From Candidatus Nomurabacteria bacterium (lineage in GTDB: Bacteria; Patescibacteriota; Minisyncoccia; Phycocordibacterales; UBA2100): a stretch of 64,000 nt of DNA. Positions 19,449 to 30,159 of the stretch are shown here, in pieces. The position numbers and the translations under genes are program-made. The notes beneath the pieces were generated by a model. The model was given only the letters and a program-made list of their open reading frames with translations, was not told the origin of the DNA and made no database searches. Within the stretch, counting starts at the first letter, position 1, and every line of letters begins with the position of its first letter. The stretch lies in the NCBI GenBank assembly GCA_943356775.1, contig CALRFU010000005.1:11671-75670 (forward strand), in the 5' to 3' direction.

Positions 19449-19820
19449 TTACTCACCTTTCAAATCTTTGATGACGTCGTCGACGGTGGTGTCGCGCACG
19501 TATGGTTCCGACGAGGGTGCACTTGATGGGCGCTCGCCGCTTCTATCTGGTGCCATGCCTTGTCCACGCTGACTTCCCTCTGGCTCTTCTATCTTGAGAT
19601 TGACACGAGCATCGTTCTTCATGCCGACAACGCGCAATACCGTGCGAATAGCCTTTGCTGTTGCACCTGAGCGACCGATGACTTTACCCATGTCGTCCTG
19701 GTGGACAGAGAGTGTGAGAAGCACGCCCATTTCATCAACGACGCGTGTTATTTTCACCGCCTCTGGGTGGTCTGCAAGCGCCTTCACGACGTACTCCAAA
19801 AATTGCTGATCTTGTTCCAT
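19449..19820 (-). CDS. KH-domain RNA-binding protein (KhpA/YlqC-like)
   Basis: 123 aa with a KH motif (VIGRSGATAKAIRTV), located between rpsP and trmD as in the conserved rpsP-KH-rimM-trmD operon. No rimM is present. Confidence 0.75.
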   Translation of the reverse strand: MEQDQQFLEYVVKALADHPEAVKITRVVDEMGVLLTLSVHQDDMGKVIGRSGATAKAIRTVLRVVGMKNDARVNLKIEEPEGSQRGQGMAPDRSGERPSSAPSSEPYVRDTTVDDVIKDLKGE

Positions 19821-19861
19821 ATCCGTTTGTCTATCTTGGTAATGAATTCAGTATACCAAAC

Positions 19862-20287
19862 CTACGCAGCGGGAGTCTCTTCTTTCGTCTCTTCTACTAC
19901 GGCTACTTCTTCGACAGGAGCGGCTGCTTCTGCAGGTGCTTCAGCTGCGGGCGCAGCCTCGGCAGCGACTTCTTCCTTCTTTGCCTCGCCAGAGTCTTCG
20001 ACGGCGGGTGCCGGTTCCTTAAACTTAGGGAGGACGTTGATTTTCTTGGCGTCAATGATTTTAAGCGACACGAGCATATTGTGGACGGTCGCGCTCGGCT
20101 GTGCACCGACTGATATCCAGTACTTGATGCGCTCTACATCGAGCACCCGTTGCTTGCTCTTGGGGTCGTAGGTACCGACTTTCTCCACGTATTTTCCGGC
20201 CTTTGGGCTGGATGCGTGTTCCAAAACAACTATGCGGTAAGAAGGCGTATTGATGCGCCCGGTGCGTTGCATTCGTATCTTCAACAT
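19862..20287 (-). CDS. rpsP: 30S ribosomal protein S16 with an Ala/Glu/Pro-rich C-terminal extension
   Basis: MLKIRMQRTGRINTPSYRIVVLEHASSPKAGKYVEKVGTYDP... then a low-complexity tail (EAAPAAEAPAEAAAPVEE). Internal Met chosen as the start. Confidence 0.85.
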   Translation of the reverse strand: MLKIRMQRTGRINTPSYRIVVLEHASSPKAGKYVEKVGTYDPKSKQRVLDVERIKYWISVGAQPSATVHNMLVSLKIIDAKKINVLPKFKEPAPAVEDSGEAKKEEVAAEAAPAAEAPAEAAAPVEEVAVVEETKEETPAA

Positions 20288-20315
20288 ATGTCGCGACACT
20301 CTACCTCTTTCGTCC

Positions 20316-22535
20316 TTATTTTGCAACACGCTCAGCTTCCTCGAGCTTCACGGAGAGCAACTTTGATACTCCATCTTGTCCCATCGTGACGCCATACAAT
20401 TCCCCTGCTGCGGCCATGGTCGCTCTGTTGTGGGTGATGACTATGAGCTGCGACTTGTTACCGAGCTCCCGTATCATGTCGGCGTAGCGGCGCGAATTAG
20501 CCTCATCAAGCGCCGCGTCGGTCTCGTCGAGAATAAGAAACGGCGGGGGATTCACTTGGCTCATCGAAAAGATAAGTGCGATTGAGGTAAGTGCCCGTTC
20601 GCCGCCCGAGAGCACATCAAGGCCGCGGATTTTCTTGCGCGGAAGCGCGACATCAATAGAAAGCCCCGCATAAAGCCCCTCTTCCTCCGAGACGAAATCT
20701 TCCTCGTCCTCACTTTCAGCGTCGAGATTCTCACGCGCTGTTTTCCGGCGAGGCTCCTCCACTTCGAGCTTTGCGTGCCCGCCGCCGAAGAGCTTCGCGA
20801 AGAAATTCTGCAACGCGACGTTGATGTGCTTGATGCCCTCGGTGAATCGCGCGTCAATCGTCTTTTCCAATTCTGTGATGATGTCCTGAAGTTTCTGCGC
20901 CGAGCTCTCGAGGTCAACGAGCTCACGCGCGAGAAATTCTTCGCGCTCTTTGGTTTGATTGAATTCTTTGACTACCGCATCCCCTCCTCCTATCCCCGAC
21001 TCTTCTATCTTAATCTTGAGCCGCTCAATCTCGCGCCGACGCTTCTCCTGTGCGTGTCGATCCTCTTCGAGCAGCGCGCCCGCGGGTATATCCGCCTTTT
21101 CCCACCCATGCACGGCAGCACCGATAAGCGCGATTCCTTCCCGCACTTCTTCTTCGAAGCGTTGGCGAAGTCCTGCGATATTCGCGCGTGCCGACCGGAC
21201 ACCGCCGAGCTTGCTTTGCGCCACGCGCACGCTCGATTCCAATTCCATTAAATCGCGCTCGGCAGTAAATCCCGCCTCTCGCGCTTCGGCTATTCTTTGG
21301 CGAAGCGTTTCCAATTCCCCCGCAAGAGCCGCCTCCTGTGTGCGCACGCGCTCGAGCGATTTGGCGAGTGCTTCCACTTGCTGCCGGACTTCTTCGTTGG
21401 TCTCAGGTGCTGCACCTGAAAGACCCTCGACGAAGGCTTTGATGCGCTCGCGTATCTGGCCGAGGCGATTCTTGATGATTGAAATATCGTTTTCGCGCTC
21501 GGCTTCGGCAATAGTCTCGGAAAGCGCGCGGGCAAATTGTCGCACATGCGGTACAGGAACGATTTGTTCGACGGTAACGGTATTTGCTTCCAAGGCACCT
21601 TCGGCGCGACCGAGCTCGCGGGTAATCTGCTCGCTTTCACGACGCGCCTCGGAGAGCTTGCCCTCCCGGTCACCAATCTTCGTTTTCAAATCTGCAGTCG
21701 CGCCTTGCCCCGCCGAAGCCCGTACCGCTCGTGCATGCGATACCGATTCCGCAAGCTTCTTCAACTCAGCATCATGCGTCTTCTCGTCATCGCGAAGGCG
21801 GGCGTCCTCCTGGGTAATCCATGCGTTCTCGCGTGCGAGATACTCGTTCAATCTTACCGCGAGCTCGTCTTTCATTTCGCGCGCCTTCTCTATCTTCTCG
21901 ACTTGGACCCGCAAGAAATTGAGATGCGGCGCAAGCTCCCGGCGGAGTGATTTGGTCTTATCGATATTCATACCCGTCTCTTCGAGCTTGCGTTCGGATT
22001 CGACTTTTTTATGTTGGTAGAGCTTAAGACCAAGCGCATCCTCCACCATCTCCCGGCGCTCACGAGGCGACGCATTCAAAATACGATCTGCTTCACCCTG
22101 TGAGATTATCTGGTAGCCGGAGCCGCCGATATTCGCTCCGGCGAGAAGGCGAATCACATCTTTGAGCCGCACGACTGTGCCGTTCAAAAGGTATTCATTT
22201 TGTCCGTCGCGGTACACAACGCGCTCGACGGTGACATCTTTGAAATCGAGGTCGAGGAGACGTTTGGAATTATCAAAAACAACTTTCACGCCCGCGCGAT
22301 TCATACGTGGAAGTGCCGGCGAGCCGCCCCAGATGAGGTCCTCGCCGCGCTTTCCGCGCATCGATTTCATTGACTGCTCGCCAAGCACAAATCGAAAACC
22401 GTCTGCTACATTACTTTTTCCTGATCCATTCGGGCCCACAATAGAAGAAATGCGCGTCCCAAATTCAAGCGTCGTCTTTTTTCCAAACGACTTAAACCCC
22501 GCAAGCTCGATCGACTTGAGATACATGGCCGTCAT
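20316..22535 (-). CDS. smc: Chromosome segregation protein SMC (compact 739-aa form)
   Basis: Walker A GPNGSGKSN; long coiled coil; C-terminal LSGGERALTSIALIFS...LILDETDAALD signature and Walker B. Confidence 0.85.
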   Translation of the reverse strand: MTAMYLKSIELAGFKSFGKKTTLEFGTRISSIVGPNGSGKSNVADGFRFVLGEQSMKSMRGKRGEDLIWGGSPALPRMNRAGVKVVFDNSKRLLDLDFKDVTVERVVYRDGQNEYLLNGTVVRLKDVIRLLAGANIGGSGYQIISQGEADRILNASPRERREMVEDALGLKLYQHKKVESERKLEETGMNIDKTKSLRRELAPHLNFLRVQVEKIEKAREMKDELAVRLNEYLARENAWITQEDARLRDDEKTHDAELKKLAESVSHARAVRASAGQGATADLKTKIGDREGKLSEARRESEQITRELGRAEGALEANTVTVEQIVPVPHVRQFARALSETIAEAERENDISIIKNRLGQIRERIKAFVEGLSGAAPETNEEVRQQVEALAKSLERVRTQEAALAGELETLRQRIAEAREAGFTAERDLMELESSVRVAQSKLGGVRSARANIAGLRQRFEEEVREGIALIGAAVHGWEKADIPAGALLEEDRHAQEKRRREIERLKIKIEESGIGGGDAVVKEFNQTKEREEFLARELVDLESSAQKLQDIITELEKTIDARFTEGIKHINVALQNFFAKLFGGGHAKLEVEEPRRKTARENLDAESEDEEDFVSEEEGLYAGLSIDVALPRKKIRGLDVLSGGERALTSIALIFSMSQVNPPPFLILDETDAALDEANSRRYADMIRELGNKSQLIVITHNRATMAAAGELYGVTMGQDGVSKLLSVKLEEAERVAK

Positions 22536-22926
22536 TGTAACAAGAAAAACCCTTACCGGCAGATTTTACTTCCCTCTCACTCCACTCTTCAGTTCCACCG
22601 GCTTCAAGCGTGCAAGAGAAATAGCGGGGACAACTGCCCCGATATCCTGCCGCAAGATGCCGACGCGCCGAATTCTATCTTGAGTGATGGGCTCGGGCGC
22701 TTCCGGACGGAAGCGGAGCATGGAGTAGTCTTCGGTACGATAGTGCTGCGACATCGTCGCTTCCTAACGTTGTGTGAGCGGCCTTCCGACCGCAGAGCAG
22801 GGGTCTCCTACTTTTTTGTTACGTATTATCTATGTTCTATTTGTCAATAGCCCAGGCGAGGTGATTTGTCCTCAAATAGAGCCAAGTAACCATTGCTTAA
22901 AGGCCAAGGCATATCATAATAGATAA

Positions 22927-24612
22927 ATGAAATTAGACCGCGAAGAAGTCCCTCGTGCAGCAGGTAAAGGAGGTACTCGCGGCGAACTCCCAAAGCCGAT
23001 CCCTGAAATGATAAAGCCGCATAGTGAAGCCGCTCAGCGTGTCCTTGATTTGCGAAACGCCATCCATAAGATCGGATCTAAGGAGCCTCCCGTAAGCCCT
23101 CAAATCATCAAGGGCTTGTTCCCGTACTACATGGGAGAAAAGAAAATCGCCGACACAATTGAGGGTGATCGAATAACCCGCGAAATCGCGATCAATCTAA
23201 GCGAGATTCAAAATTTTCATAGTGAATGGCGTCAATCATGGATGCTGGATCCAAACAACAAAGAAGCTCTGGAGAGGATGACGGCGAATCCATCGCAGAG
23301 TCGAGGGATGATTCCACTCGGGGTTTCTTTTTCCCCAGAAAGCTCCCGCCGACCTGACGATCTTCCAGAAATACCCAGGTCCCTACGCCTAATGCTTCAT
23401 GAAGATGAAAATGTATCGCATCACGTACGTAGAACATTCGTACTGGCTCTCAGTGGAATGAGTTTCAAGAATACTCCTGAGGGAAAACTGTGTCAGGTTT
23501 TTGCAAAACTCTTTAAAGAGCGAAATAGGGCGCAAATCGATGCCCACGACATCCATATGCGTGGCCAATTTGATAATGCAGCACTTGCGCTTCTTTCGTA
23601 TAAGATAATTTATCCCGTGATTCGAGAACAAGAAAATCGCGATGGTTCAACCACTGAGAAAGTCGGATTCGGGATGAATTTGCGTCTTCTTGAACGCCAC
23701 GCTGAAGTCTTTCTTGCACGTGAACGGTATGAGCGTCTCGAGAAAAGGATTTCAAAAGAAACAGACTCTTCCGTTCGTGCGCAATTGGAAAGCGAGCTTC
23801 TCGCACTCTCCGAAAAAAAGCAAGATGCCGACACGTTCATTGCTAATCTAAAAAAGGGCTTTGGCATTAAAGACCCTGGAACAATCTTTGAGACTTTTGG
23901 CGATCGCCTCTATGTGCGAAGCTCAGACTTACCTGTGTTCGACTCTCCCCAACCAGGTGATACAGCGAAAGGTAGAGCAATTTCGTCTCGAAGTCTTGAC
24001 GCAGCGCTTGAAATGCTTACGAAACGCGAAATACCCGATGAGAAGAAATTTGTTTCTCAAGATTTAAATACGCGATCAGCCGAATTTTCACACCGATTAC
24101 ATTTTGCCACAATTACCTTGGGTGAACTGACTGAGTCAGTCTCTCAATTTAAGGAAGGTATCGTAGACGAGGACACCCGATCAGTTGCTCGCAACCTACT
24201 AAAACAAATTATCGATATCTCAGACGACGTTCGTCGCATCCACGATGCATCAAACCGAACTCTTTCCGTTGAGGGTAAAAGTCCCGAAAGTATGGGGACA
24301 CGAAAAGAGAAATTTGAACCGCTATTAAAACTCGCCGGGAGCTTAAGTAGATCATACGAGACAATTCTTGAAGACCTTAAATCGCTCCTGTTTGCAAAAT
24401 CACAAAATAATCAAGAAAGCACGGCGGGTACAAACGAAGGCACCACCGAACTTCAAGCCCAATTAAATGATGCAATAACAGAAATTGCACAAAATCGCGA
24501 ACTTATGCTGCTTGTCTGCGAATATTTAACTTCGGGCACGCCACCACGTGAGATAATCGAATTCATTAACGAGTATTTAGCACAATCTTCCGCGAGCGAA
24601 CCGAGATCATAG
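22927..24612 (+). CDS. Large hypothetical protein (561 aa), first gene of an island operon
   Basis: Soluble, helical, no recognisable motif. Its stop overlaps the start of the next gene (TAGTATG). Confidence 0.55.
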   Translation: MKLDREEVPRAAGKGGTRGELPKPIPEMIKPHSEAAQRVLDLRNAIHKIGSKEPPVSPQIIKGLFPYYMGEKKIADTIEGDRITREIAINLSEIQNFHSEWRQSWMLDPNNKEALERMTANPSQSRGMIPLGVSFSPESSRRPDDLPEIPRSLRLMLHEDENVSHHVRRTFVLALSGMSFKNTPEGKLCQVFAKLFKERNRAQIDAHDIHMRGQFDNAALALLSYKIIYPVIREQENRDGSTTEKVGFGMNLRLLERHAEVFLARERYERLEKRISKETDSSVRAQLESELLALSEKKQDADTFIANLKKGFGIKDPGTIFETFGDRLYVRSSDLPVFDSPQPGDTAKGRAISSRSLDAALEMLTKREIPDEKKFVSQDLNTRSAEFSHRLHFATITLGELTESVSQFKEGIVDEDTRSVARNLLKQIIDISDDVRRIHDASNRTLSVEGKSPESMGTRKEKFEPLLKLAGSLSRSYETILEDLKSLLFAKSQNNQESTAGTNEGTTELQAQLNDAITEIAQNRELMLLVCEYLTSGTPPREIIEFINEYLAQSSASEPRS

Positions 24613-24613
24613 T

Positions 24614-25624
24614 ATGGCAAACGGCGATAGAATTGCAGGAAGAAATATTGTACTCGAAGCAATGAAAGCCCGCCTTGCTGAAAAAGCAGCACGCAAACAA
24701 GGCGTTCCTACCCCAGAAGCAGCGGACAAACCTGCTTCACCTCAAGCCCCTGAATCGTCAATTCCCACTACACCGCGAGAGTCTGGTCGCACAGTTGCAA
24801 CCCTTGAAAATGCAATGCGCGACACCGCCGACAAAGCACGTTTCGGTAAAGAGCTTGTCGAGGCTTGCGCAAGCTTGAAAGAGAAGATTGACACCCAAGT
24901 CGTCACACTGATGAATATGATGAACAAGGCGCTCGACATTGGTACTGATGGGCGCGCATACACTCACGATACTGCGAATGATTCTATCGTCGCCAACATT
25001 ACTAACCCTGATCTCATTAGTAGTTTCCGTGCAACTGAAGAAGTCACACGAGAACTAGAAGCCGTCGTCCGTGAAATGCCTGTCGAGATTGAAAAACTCT
25101 TTCATGTACTCGATGAATCCCATGGAAAATTCATATCGATAATTACCGGTGAGAAACACGAGGTGCAGAAACGCAGCTTTGATCCCCTACCTTCAATTGA
25201 TACTCTTCCGGAACGCACTTTGCCTACTCGAACACCAAAATCTATAGAGGCTTCGCTACAAACAGCTCTCGGAGAAAGTGCCAACAGGGCTGTGTTCCTG
25301 CAAGCACTTGTCGAAGCTTCGAAAAGACTCAAGGAGAAGATTGATGTGCGTGTGGTTACCCTTCTATCCATGATGAACAAGGCGCTCACTCAAGGCGTCG
25401 ATGATATTGCGTATACATTCGACCCTGGAAATAATCGCATGATGGCTGTCCCACAAGTAGACCTCGTCATAGGGTTCACTACTACCGAAAATGTCGCTCG
25501 CGAACTTGAGGGGGCTGTAATTGACATGCCGCGCGAGATTCAATTATTGATAGAGGAACTCCTGAAAGCAGACGAAGAATTTAAAGAACTCATTGCGCAA
25601 GGATTAGCAGCAGGATCAAATTGA
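24614..25624 (+). CDS. Hypothetical protein (336 aa) with an internal roughly 100-aa tandem domain duplication
   Basis: Two related segments (ARFGKELVEACASLKEKIDTQVVTLMNMMNKAL... and AVFLQALVEASKRLKEKIDVRVVTLLSMMNKAL...). Translationally coupled to its neighbours. Confidence 0.55.
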   Translation: MANGDRIAGRNIVLEAMKARLAEKAARKQGVPTPEAADKPASPQAPESSIPTTPRESGRTVATLENAMRDTADKARFGKELVEACASLKEKIDTQVVTLMNMMNKALDIGTDGRAYTHDTANDSIVANITNPDLISSFRATEEVTRELEAVVREMPVEIEKLFHVLDESHGKFISIITGEKHEVQKRSFDPLPSIDTLPERTLPTRTPKSIEASLQTALGESANRAVFLQALVEASKRLKEKIDVRVVTLLSMMNKALTQGVDDIAYTFDPGNNRMMAVPQVDLVIGFTTTENVARELEGAVIDMPREIQLLIEELLKADEEFKELIAQGLAAGSN

Positions 25625-25630
25625 TACAAT

Positions 25631-25684
25631 ATATGCCAGAATCATTTCTCAGTAAAAATATGCCAGAATCATTTCTCAGTAAAA
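25631..25684 (+). repeat. Perfect 27-nt x2 tandem duplication, in-frame (MPESFLSKN/MPESFLSKK)
   Basis: atatgccagaatcatttctcagtaaaa occurs twice consecutively at the 5' end of the giant gene. Confidence 0.9.
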
Positions 25685-28600
25685 AGAGGGCGGGACGTGG
25701 AGGAGGGCCGACGCTCGGTTCGTACTCGGGCTCTAAGGTAACCGTCGAGCACCAATTACCGACTCCGACTGGTATAGAGTCCAAAGTCAGCGAAGAAGTA
25801 CGCATGGCGATCGAGAAAATCAAGGCAAACGCCGTCAATGAAATGGTCACGCAAATGAAAAGCGTCGGCCTCGATATTGACGATGCTAGCGTTCGGGCGG
25901 CAGTCAATCAATATGAAAAAGATCCTAGTGTGAGGGATGGTGCAATCAATGCGATTCGAGACATGATGAAGGGCCTTAAAGGAAAGGGTCCGGATGAGAT
26001 TGCAGAAACTCTCGCAAACGATGCACAAGCCGTTTTCACTGCAGCAAAAAATAATACGGAAATTCCACTCAATAACGTTCTTATTCCCCTTCTCATATCA
26101 CAGGGGGAGCTAGAACAAACCGAGCTCGATGAAGCTGCTCGAATGAAACTCAGGGGCGTAAAGTTGAGCACGCGACGACTTAAGACGGGCCCTGTTTCTG
26201 CTGCTAAAGGCGTAGTCGGGCGACTCGCAGTCCCCTCAGCGGTACTGCTACACACAACCCTTGCAGTCGTCGACACAGCTGTCATTGAGAAAGCAGCTTC
26301 AGGCGTACTCTCGGACTGGGCCGTAGAAGGTGCCACTAAAGAGGCTCTCGCATGGGGCTTCTCGGGCGCCGGCAACGTTCTTCTCGTCAAACAAAAACTC
26401 AGTGTACGAGGTGAATGGATTCGCGGAACGGCGGATTTTTTCTGGAGCGACACAAACAAAGGCCGAGTATATGGTGCACTCGCGGCATCATTTCTTGCAC
26501 TTGCGACACCGGCAATTCTCGGCCAGGTGAAGCGCGGTACAGTTGATACAGCTGTTTCGGGGGAAGTTGGCCCGAAAATGGGAGCTCGTTACAAGCCAGA
26601 AATTGACAGCATTCAAGAGACAATCAGACTCGCACAAGGGCTCTTTGGGTCTATACAACCATCAATCGACGATAAAATGCGAACAGCTTTCAAAGATGGA
26701 GGAATCGGATGGGGCCGCAGGACGTGGAGCATTAATCGTGTTTTATACGGCAAGAACGCAGAAAGCGACCGCAACTACGAGGCATTCAGGGCGGATCCAA
26801 ATGCATCTGCGACATTTCGAGGAAAACCCATGGCAGAGTTTGCAAGAGGAGTTGTACCGCCTGCAGAATCGCAGCGCCAGTCCGCAACTGCATCGGCCGA
26901 TCTTACACAGGCACGAAAAGAATTGGAAACGCTGAGAAAAACGCCCTCGACCAAGAACGAGACAGGCCAAGCAAAACAAAAAGCCGCTATTAAAGCTGCT
27001 GAACTTAAAGTACGAAATGCTCAGGGCGCTACCAATGCGCCACGTGGCGCAATTCCGGAGGCCAAGTCCACGCCCGGAGCGGGTGCCGGCCCTGATCCCG
27101 ACGCTGTCCAAAAAGCTATGCTATCGCTTAATCAACGCTACGGCCTCAATCCAACTGATGGAGCAGAACAGTATCTGAAGAAACTTACCGATGAAATTGA
27201 AAAAATAAATCCAGAGCAGGTATTCAAAATACTTGATTCACTTCTCAAAGAGAGTGAAATACTTTCAAAATCAGGCATCATCGGAAATATTTTTGGCGTG
27301 CTTGCACCCGTGCCAACAATCATGGGGACTATCGGTTCGAACGTTTGGCGTGGAGAAGGAGCGAGTTCATTCACGAAAAATGTCCCTTGGGAGGATATGT
27401 TCCATAGCTCATCAGGGGTGCGCGCAATGTTCAAAACTGAAGAAAAATATCTTGCACGTCGCAATGAGATGGTAAAAAGTCTAAAGATGATCATGGTTAG
27501 TACGCAATTCGAGAAATACCTCACTGATGTAGCCAAGGAAACGGGAGTCGACACAAAGATGGTGATCCCATCAACAACGTTCACAATCGCAGATGACGCC
27601 ACTGGTATAGATCGCACGCCCTACAAAGTAATGGTTGATAAGACCGTTTTAGATTATGCCTTACCTCTCATGCCGCCTAACGACAGTCCGGAATGGGGGT
27701 ACATCGACACAAGTTTCAAAAATTCAGGAATCACATGGATCGATGTAAAGACTGATGCTGGGAAATATCAGGCAATGGGTCTGCTCGTCGGATTCGTACT
27801 CTTAATTCTTGCTGGAAGTGTCTGGTATACGATCGGCATGAAAAAACTGAGTAAACGATGGGGCATTGACAATGCTTTGCGCGATGATGAGAAGCGAGGG
27901 TTGTTTGCAGTTGAATCGAAAATTGTGAATGACATGGTCAAGCTCGTGCGCGATCGTGAAAAGACGCTCATGGGAGCAATTGCAAAAAGCGGAAGTAGTT
28001 CCCAATTACCGCAACGTGACGAACTAGCACTTGGCGCGGTCTTGCAACGACGCCTGCGCGAAGAAGTCCTTTCGAAGATGCAACAGCCGCTCGATAAAAC
28101 ACCTGAAGGTATCGCGTTTATCAATCGCGAAAACTCCCTCGGTAGTCGTGCACTGCGTATGGAATATGCTGCAAAACTCAACGAATACATCGAGGGCTAC
28201 AAAAATGACCGCAGCGGGGCCGTTGTCACAATTCTCGATGATATCGATGCGGGTAGATATGAGGAGATCAGGGCGCTTCAGGCATTCGTACAACAGAGTC
28301 AGCCCATCGCAACAACAGAACTCGCCGCGAAGAACATTGCCGCGTGGTGGGAACGCATTGATGTCAAGTTCGTTAATGAAGAAGTTGAAGCTCGTAAAGC
28401 TGACATACAAAACCTCTATGCTGAGCGCGAGGCCGTTGTAAATCTTCGCGCGCCGATGCAAATTCTTCTCACCGACAGCGTGGCACCAGGCAGCATCACG
28501 CCCGCTGATATTTTGTATACATCGCGACTGACGGAACTTGATAGTCTTATCGCCACTCAACACGAGGCGATTAAGCAAATCACGAACGGCGCTGTCGATG

Positions 28601-29430
28601 GTCCTATACAACGCGATACTAAGGTAGTCTTTTCGAATGAACAGATAGAGGAGCTTCGCGACGACCTTCAAAACGAAGAACTCAACAACACCCTCGACGG
28701 TAGTGATATTACATCGGTCGCTAAAGAATATAGCGCACTCGCTCAAAGCCTCGGAAAACGCGTCCGCTCTCTTGAGAACTTCGTCACAGCAGCATTCGGC
28801 GACGAAACTGCGGGTGGTCGAATCTCATTTGAATACGCATATCGTCCCGACGTTTTCGGACCCACTATTGTTATCAATCTACAGCGAGCAGACGGAGAGA
28901 CTCTTACCGTACCGCTGCAACAAACGGTACCGAATCGACTCCTTGCCACAGATGAATCGATAATCCAAGCTATGGCCCAGTGGCTACGGCCTGATAGTAA
29001 AGAGATGAGACTAATGCGATTGTACGCTGTCCATGATTCGTATAAAGCAGCTGCTGATGCCGTCAAAAAAGAAATACTTGGTGACGCCTCGAGCGGTCTC
29101 GTTGATGTAGTTAGTTTCGATGATGAGAAATTTGCGGGCGTGCAAGAGTTACTCGAACGTAGCGATGTCATACGCATCCAAAGGCAATTACTGGAACAGA
29201 TCAAGGCTTCTGGTGAACCACTTAATCAAGTACAACAGCGGGTTTTCGAGGAGCCAGATAAAGTGGCTCTCGGAGGTATGTGGAAAAAAGATATCCGAAC
29301 GGTTTTAAAAGCGGCTACCGATCTCAACCCGGACTCAACAGTGCAATACGACGTCGGTACTGAGGAGGTCGTTATCAAGAATACATTGGGAGAACGCAGG
29401 GTGAACGTGCGTAACGTGCCAAGTACCTAA
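25633..29430 (+). CDS. Giant hypothetical membrane protein (about 1265 aa) with coiled coils and a central TM segment
   Basis: ATG at 25633 (the ORF track starts at TTG 25621). Strong TM helix YQAMGLLVGFVLLILAGSVWYTIGM near residue 720 plus 2-3 weaker hydrophobic segments. No recognisable domain. The first 18 aa carry an in-frame tandem duplication. Confidence 0.55.
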   Translation: MPESFLSKNMPESFLSKKRAGRGGGPTLGSYSGSKVTVEHQLPTPTGIESKVSEEVRMAIEKIKANAVNEMVTQMKSVGLDIDDASVRAAVNQYEKDPSVRDGAINAIRDMMKGLKGKGPDEIAETLANDAQAVFTAAKNNTEIPLNNVLIPLLISQGELEQTELDEAARMKLRGVKLSTRRLKTGPVSAAKGVVGRLAVPSAVLLHTTLAVVDTAVIEKAASGVLSDWAVEGATKEALAWGFSGAGNVLLVKQKLSVRGEWIRGTADFFWSDTNKGRVYGALAASFLALATPAILGQVKRGTVDTAVSGEVGPKMGARYKPEIDSIQETIRLAQGLFGSIQPSIDDKMRTAFKDGGIGWGRRTWSINRVLYGKNAESDRNYEAFRADPNASATFRGKPMAEFARGVVPPAESQRQSATASADLTQARKELETLRKTPSTKNETGQAKQKAAIKAAELKVRNAQGATNAPRGAIPEAKSTPGAGAGPDPDAVQKAMLSLNQRYGLNPTDGAEQYLKKLTDEIEKINPEQVFKILDSLLKESEILSKSGIIGNIFGVLAPVPTIMGTIGSNVWRGEGASSFTKNVPWEDMFHSSSGVRAMFKTEEKYLARRNEMVKSLKMIMVSTQFEKYLTDVAKETGVDTKMVIPSTTFTIADDATGIDRTPYKVMVDKTVLDYALPLMPPNDSPEWGYIDTSFKNSGITWIDVKTDAGKYQAMGLLVGFVLLILAGSVWYTIGMKKLSKRWGIDNALRDDEKRGLFAVESKIVNDMVKLVRDREKTLMGAIAKSGSSSQLPQRDELALGAVLQRRLREEVLSKMQQPLDKTPEGIAFINRENSLGSRALRMEYAAKLNEYIEGYKNDRSGAVVTILDDIDAGRYEEIRALQAFVQQSQPIATTELAAKNIAAWWERIDVKFVNEEVEARKADIQNLYAEREAVVNLRAPMQILLTDSVAPGSITPADILYTSRLTELDSLIATQHEAIKQITNGAVDGPIQRDTKVVFSNEQIEELRDDLQNEELNNTLDGSDITSVAKEYSALAQSLGKRVRSLENFVTAAFGDETAGGRISFEYAYRPDVFGPTIVINLQRADGETLTVPLQQTVPNRLLATDESIIQAMAQWLRPDSKEMRLMRLYAVHDSYKAAADAVKKEILGDASSGLVDVVSFDDEKFAGVQELLERSDVIRIQRQLLEQIKASGEPLNQVQQRVFEEPDKVALGGMWKKDIRTVLKAATDLNPDSTVQYDVGTEEVVIKNTLGERRVNVRNVPST

Positions 29431-29473
29431 AAGCAAAAGTCCCCTTGTATTTTCGTATGGGGACTTGGCTTAG

Positions 29474-29655
29474 TTAAAAGATCCTCTTGGCTATGAAATG
29501 CAGGAATGCTCCCAGCATACAGGCTGAGAGCGCGATCGTGATGACAACGGCCAATTTCCGTATATGTGGCACACCTGCGTACTCGAGCGTAAATGTAACC
29601 ACCCAAACTATCAGCACAACCACGAACATGACTGAAAGCGCTTTTCGATTTGTCA
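29474..29655 (-). CDS. Small two-TM membrane protein (60 aa)
   Basis: AAGGAG 8 nt upstream of the ATG. MTNRKALSVMFVVVLIVWVVTFTLEYAGVPHIRKLAVVITIALSACMLGAFLHFIAKRIF. Confidence 0.55.
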
Positions 29656-29742
29656 TGAGACATCTCCTTGCATTTCCATGAAGAGTTAGCCCGCTGCCGA
29701 GTACATTACCATGAACATGCGCTTGGGCAACTTTGGGATGCT

Positions 29743-29835
29743 CTACCACCCCTTCGCAATGAGCGCCTTTTGAGCGGCGTCTTGTTCTGCTTCTTGTTTG
29801 GAGTGACCCTCGCCGAGGGCGATCTTTCGCGAGCG
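29743..29835 (-). pseudogene. Relic copy of the rnc 3' end (last roughly 27 codons plus stop)
   Basis: Minus-strand translation ...KIALGEGHSKQEAEQDAAQKALIAKGW* matches the C-terminus of rnc at 30481..30570 (...KLAIGEGRSKQEAEQDAAQKALIAKGW*) with about 75% nucleotide identity. It is not part of a long ORF. Confidence 0.7.
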
Positions 29836-29895
29836 ATGTAGGCGACGACAAACACCTCGTGATCGGGTTTGAAGCGGGGATCGGGATAGCTCGAG

Positions 29896-30159
29896 CTATT
29901 CGTACAATTCACTATGTGTGCCAATACGGATAAATATACAAGCATCACCGTCGGTGAAATATAGTGCGCGGTAATCTCCCGTGATGTTGATACTTCTGCA
30001 ACCGCCATACTCTCCACTGAGTGAGTGATTCTTCAGCAGCGGATTAAGTGGGTTCGTTTCGAACAACAGCTTACGCTCGACGAACTTGCTACGTATACTC
30101 AAGTCGAGTTTTTTTATATTCTTCAGAAACGATGGGCGCAGGACGATTTTCATGCCCAA
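29896..30159 (-). CDS. relE: Type II toxin, RelE/ParE (YafQ-like) family
   Basis: 87 aa ending LSGEYGGCRSINITGDYRALYF...IFIRIGTHSELYE, the RelE/ParE core. Confidence 0.75.
   Translation of the reverse strand: MGMKIVLRPSFLKNIKKLDLSIRSKFVERKLLFETNPLNPLLKNHSLSGEYGGCRSINITGDYRALYFTDGDACIFIRIGTHSELYE

Noticed and set aside
22566-22754. 62-aa ORF just upstream of smc
   Set aside because: No Shine-Dalgarno sequence, no motif, and it lies in the island boundary region. Insufficient evidence to call a gene.
29706-30017. 103-aa ORF overlapping the relE 3' end and the rnc-relic region
   Set aside because: It is in a different frame from both the RelE toxin and the rnc-like relic peptide, and has a low-complexity basic translation. 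The rnc-homologous frame and relE are the supported readings.
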